Positions 60,391 to 64,000 of a DNA stretch of 64,000 nucleotides are shown piece by piece; position 1 is the stretch's first letter; each line of letters starts with the position of its first letter. The stretch comes from Prochlorococcus sp. AG-363-P01. GTDB taxonomy: Bacteria > Cyanobacteriota > Cyanobacteriia > PCC-6307 > Cyanobiaceae. Under the pieces are notes generated by a model that was not told the origin of the DNA, ran no database searches, and was given only the letters and a program-made list of their open reading frames with translations. The DNA lies in assembly GCA_003278225.1 (NCBI GenBank), contig QCGC01000003.1, positions 30,877 through 94,876 of the forward strand, in the 5' to 3' direction. The position numbers were made by a program, and so were the translations under genes.

Positions 60391-62469
60391 TTAGAGTTTG
60401 ACCTTTAAGCGATATTGATTGTCCAGGAGAACCACAAGGCTTTTGCTTTTTAATGAACAAAGTTTTTGGTTCTTGAAATCGCTTGAAAAAAATACATCAT
60501 CTGGATTGCTCATAGAAGTATCAAGCAGCTTCTCCCAAGATGAGATTGGTTCCGGCAATTCAAAATCCATTGATGTTTTGTAGGAATTCAAACCTGTCCA
60601 CATAATGGCTCCTCTAGATCCTTTATTAATGCTGAAGCTAATTGTGTGAGACCAATGCCCCCAGTCAGGTTGATCGACTTTTACTCCATGCCACTTGACC
60701 CAAAGCTTGTCTTGAGAGTTTTCTTCAGTTTCTTTTATTTCATTGGGAAGAATAATTGGATTAATTAATTCATGAAGTTGTCTACGAATTGCTAATACTT
60801 TTTTGACGAACTGGAGTAAGGCAAGGTCGCTTTTCTGCGGATCCCAAATCATCCAACCAAGTTGATTATTCTGGCACCAAGTATTGTTATTTCCCCCTTG
60901 GCTCCTCCCAACTTCATCACCCATTAAGAGCATTGGTATGCCTGGAGAGAGAAGTAGGGAAACAAGAAGATTACGCTTTTGCCTATCTCTTAACCTAGTT
61001 AAACCAATATCAGTACTTGGGCCTTCAATATTGTTATTCCAACTATTGTTTTGATTTTCACCATCACGATTTTTTTCTCCATTTGCAAGGTTGTGTTTAG
61101 TTCTAAAACTAACTAAATCATTAAGTGTGAATCCATCATGGGATGTGATGAAGTTCACTGAACGTAGATGAGATTGCTTGTCTTTGTAGAGTTCTTGACT
61201 ACCTCTTAAACGGTCTTTTAGAGCCCAGACGCTATTTTTTTCTCCTTTCCAAAATCTTCGCAAATCATCTCTGAAGTGACCATTCCAGGTTCTTGTTTTT
61301 TTTGATGGAAAATTTGATATGCGATATAGCCCACCACAGTCCCATGGTTCGCTAATTAGCTTTAAATCACTTAGTTGGGGATCAGACTCAATTTCTTCAA
61401 ATAATGGTGGATTTGAAAGAGGAGATAGCTCTTCACCTCTAGTAAGAGCTATCCCTAAATCAAAGCGAAATCCATCAATGCCAAGTTCAATTGCCCAACA
61501 TCGCATTGATTCTAAAATCAATTGTCTAACTAATGGCCTATTTGCTGCAATACTGTTTCCACATCCACTTACATCGTGATAGCCACCTGACTTTTGTTGG
61601 AAGTAGTAAATAGACTCTGCAAAACCTTTCCAACTGATTACAGGGCCTTCTTTAGAACCTTCTGCTGTGTGATTGTATACAACATCTAATAAAACCTCCA
61701 TTCCTTGATCATGGCAAGCTGCAACTAAATTTCGAACTTGTTCACGTGCTTTTAGTGGGTCTTCTCCAACTATGTAATTGTGATGAGGAGTAAACCAATT
61801 GATAGGGCTGTAACCCCAATAGTTTTCCAGACCTTGCTGACAATCAGAGGAATCAAATGAAAAGATAGGGAGTAGTTCCAGTGTTGTAATTCCTAGATCG
61901 CGTAGATAAGGAATTTTTTCTATTAATCCAATAAAAGTTCCTTTTTCAGGGGCTTTTACTTTTGAGTCTGCTCTATTAGTAAACCCTCCAGGGTGTAGCT
62001 CGTAGATAACAGTCTGGTTCCAGGTATGTTTAGGCCGAGGATGAGAGGCAAAATCAAATTCTTCTCGATCACAAACTATGCCTTTTAGACATGCATGAAG
62101 ATTGCTTGAATTGCCTTTTGCTAATTCCCTTTTGTAAAGACTCCAACCTCCGATTGCTCTAGCGCATGGATCTAACAATGCTTTATTTGAATGATCGTTA
62201 GTTGGAGTTAGTTGATGTTTCTCGTTGCGAAAGACTCGATAGCAATAACAACATCCTTCACCTACCCCTTCAACTTCCACATGCCAATAATTACCAGATC
62301 GATTTTCTTCATCTAGATGGATGATTTGATGAGGATTGATTTCATTCTCACTATTGAACAAGAGGAGCTCAACGTGATTAGCTGTTGGCGCAGCTACGCA
62401 GAAGTTCACACCTCTGTTTGTAATACTGCTTCCAAGAGGCCAGGGCTTCCCTTGATGAACCTTGCTCAC
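60391..62469 (-). CDS. glgX: Glycogen debranching enzyme (isoamylase, GH13)
   Basis: PWPLG, NYWGY, DVVYNH, DGFRFD, EPWD, HDGFTL; GTG at 62469. Confidence 0.95.
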   Translation of the reverse strand: MSKVHQGKPWPLGSSITNRGVNFCVAAPTANHVELLLFNSENEINPHQIIHLDEENRSGNYWHVEVEGVGEGCCYCYRVFRNEKHQLTPTNDHSNKALLDPCARAIGGWSLYKRELAKGNSSNLHACLKGIVCDREEFDFASHPRPKHTWNQTVIYELHPGGFTNRADSKVKAPEKGTFIGLIEKIPYLRDLGITTLELLPIFSFDSSDCQQGLENYWGYSPINWFTPHHNYIVGEDPLKAREQVRNLVAACHDQGMEVLLDVVYNHTAEGSKEGPVISWKGFAESIYYFQQKSGGYHDVSGCGNSIAANRPLVRQLILESMRCWAIELGIDGFRFDLGIALTRGEELSPLSNPPLFEEIESDPQLSDLKLISEPWDCGGLYRISNFPSKKTRTWNGHFRDDLRRFWKGEKNSVWALKDRLRGSQELYKDKQSHLRSVNFITSHDGFTLNDLVSFRTKHNLANGEKNRDGENQNNSWNNNIEGPSTDIGLTRLRDRQKRNLLVSLLLSPGIPMLLMGDEVGRSQGGNNNTWCQNNQLGWMIWDPQKSDLALLQFVKKVLAIRRQLHELINPIILPNEIKETEENSQDKLWVKWHGVKVDQPDWGHWSHTISFSINKGSRGAIMWTGLNSYKTSMDFELPEPISSWEKLLDTSMSNPDDVFFSSDFKNQKLCSLKSKSLVVLLDNQYRLKVKL

Positions 62470-62536
62470 TGTTTTTTTTTTCCTCAGCAGTAAGCATTGT
62501 GACCAAACTAATGGGTTAGACCCGTTTAACAATCGA

Positions 62537-63184
62537 ATGGTGTTTAATTCATCAGCTGATTATGGTATTTACCCTTGTCAGGTAAAGGATGGGGTTTGGG
62601 CTTTCCCAACAAATAATCTCTGTAATAGCAGTCGGTCCTGGTGGATTGAATGTGAGCCTGAACCTGTTTTAGTTGATTGTCCTCCTGTAAAAAAAACAAC
62701 TATTGAGGTGTTGAAAAATTTGGCATCAGGCCGTAAATGTCAAATTATTCTTACTAACCGGGAATCTCACGGCAGAATTTTTGATTTGCAAGAGGAGCTT
62801 GGATGGTCTGTTCTTGTGCAGGAACAAGAGGCCTATTTATTGCCTGGTTTAAAGCAATTAACTGCTTTTTCTAATGAGTATGTCACTGCATCAGGCATAA
62901 AGCTTTTGTGGACTCCTGGACCTACACCCGGAAGCTGTGTTGCTTATGCATCTTCACCATGGAATGTTCTGTTCTGTGGACGTTTGCTGATTCCTTTGAA
63001 ATCAAATCAGTTAATTTCTTTGCGGACAAAAAAAACTTTTCATTGGACTCGACAGCAAAAGAGCTTAGAAAAATTACGCAAGTGGCTTCCTCGAAATCAA
63101 AGGCCGGCACTGGCATCTGGAGTTGGCCTGCGCCCGTCAGGAGAGGATTCTATCGTCAAATGGGAGGCCTGGATTAACTCTTAA
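62537..63184 (+). CDS. MBL-fold-like hypothetical protein
   Basis: VLVDCP, ILTNRESHG, QEQEAYL, WTPGPTPG. Confidence 0.8.
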   Translation: MVFNSSADYGIYPCQVKDGVWAFPTNNLCNSSRSWWIECEPEPVLVDCPPVKKTTIEVLKNLASGRKCQIILTNRESHGRIFDLQEELGWSVLVQEQEAYLLPGLKQLTAFSNEYVTASGIKLLWTPGPTPGSCVAYASSPWNVLFCGRLLIPLKSNQLISLRTKKTFHWTRQQKSLEKLRKWLPRNQRPALASGVGLRPSGEDSIVKWEAWINS

Positions 63185-63349
63185 TGGTCCATGGTTTAAG
63201 GATTATCTAATGTATAAAGCGTTGCGCCACAGTGTCTTTCGGTTGCCGGCAGGGCATTTGCTACATACCATTAGCGCGTTGAGATTGTTAGTGGTTAATT
63301 CCTTTTTGGTTTTGCCATTAAATGCTCGCTGTTACATCACCCTTTCCAA

Positions 63350-63625
63350 ATGAACAAAGCAGATCTGGTCAACCTAGTGGCAGCCCGAACAGAGCTCACT
63401 AAGACAGACGTTTCTTTAGTAATCGATGCCGCTATCGACACCATTATTGATTCTGTAGTGGAGGGCAAAAAGGTCTCCATTCTTGGCTTTGGTTCTTTCG
63501 AGCCACGCGATCGTTCTGCTCGTCAAGGCCTGAATCCAAAGACTGGCGAGAAGATTAAGATCCCTGCAAAGCGTGTACCTGCTTTTACTGCAGGCAAGAT
63601 GTTTAAGGATCGTGTTCAGGGTTAA
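63350..63625 (+). CDS. hup: DNA-binding protein HU
   Basis: MNKADLV, GFGSF, R..RQGLNPKTGE. Confidence 0.96.
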   Translation: MNKADLVNLVAARTELTKTDVSLVIDAAIDTIIDSVVEGKKVSILGFGSFEPRDRSARQGLNPKTGEKIKIPAKRVPAFTAGKMFKDRVQG

Positions 63626-63643
63626 GTTGATTTTTATTTTCTT

Positions 63644-63680
63644 GAGTGAGTGGTCTTTAGTTAGGTCACTCACTTTTTTT
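63644..63680 (+). terminator. Intrinsic terminator after hup
   Basis: gagtgagtggtct..aggtcactcactt plus T tract. Confidence 0.7.
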
Positions 63681-63714
63681 GTATCTATTACTAATTTGCG
63701 TTCAAGAATTTTTC

Positions 63715-64000
63715 ATGGGCACTTCGAAAGATCTCCCTGAAAAATTTTTTTCTTTTCTACCTGATGGTCAGGCCTTCAGATCTGATTGCTATCGAGGTCG
63801 GTTCGCTCCTTCGCCAACTGGGCCTTTGCATCTAGGCAATTTGCGCACTGCTTTAGTTTCTTGGCTTAGAGCACGATTTAATAAAGGGGAATGGTTGCTA
63901 AGAATTGATGATCTGGATACTCCTAGGAATCGCCAAGGTGCAATTGAGAGTATTGAGAGAGATTTGCTCTGGCTTGGCCTCGATTGGGACGGACCATTGA
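63715..64000 (+). CDS. gluQ: Glutamyl-Q tRNA(Asp) synthetase, partial (runs off window)
   Basis: YRGRFAPSPTGPLHLGNLRTAL, LRIDDLDTPR, LWLGLDWDG. Confidence 0.85.
   Translation, partial: MGTSKDLPEKFFSFLPDGQAFRSDCYRGRFAPSPTGPLHLGNLRTALVSWLRARFNKGEWLLRIDDLDTPRNRQGAIESIERDLLWLGLDWDGPL

Overview
Marine picocyanobacterial chromosome, most likely a low-light Prochlorococcus: kaiBC without kaiA, an hli array, a glcH-type transporter, and no psbV at the rnz-petF locus. About 1-25,200 is an AT-rich accessory region. It holds a Zur-controlled Zn-type ABC uptake locus with a His-rich outer-membrane beta-barrel candidate, petJ, DUF3721 and Gly-rich repeat proteins, two Nif11-like paralogs and a Cys-free ArsR regulator. 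It also holds a glutamine-II riboswitch/NtcA/DUF4278 unit, a 4-gene hli array, many small proteins and several eroded pseudogenes (denV, RTX, cupin, aldo/keto reductase). From about 25,280 to the end is core genome: murD, tRNA-Val, serA, prmA, petF, rnz, truB, rpmA/rplU, kaiBC, nblS, purD/purC, bamA-lpxC-fabZ-lpxA-lpxB, msrA, pepA, tyrS, pyrF, plsY, mlaE, glcH, tRNA-Gly, glgX, hup, and partial gluQ. No CRISPR array, transposase or integrase was seen. All family assignments come from motif recognition by eye; no database search was run.
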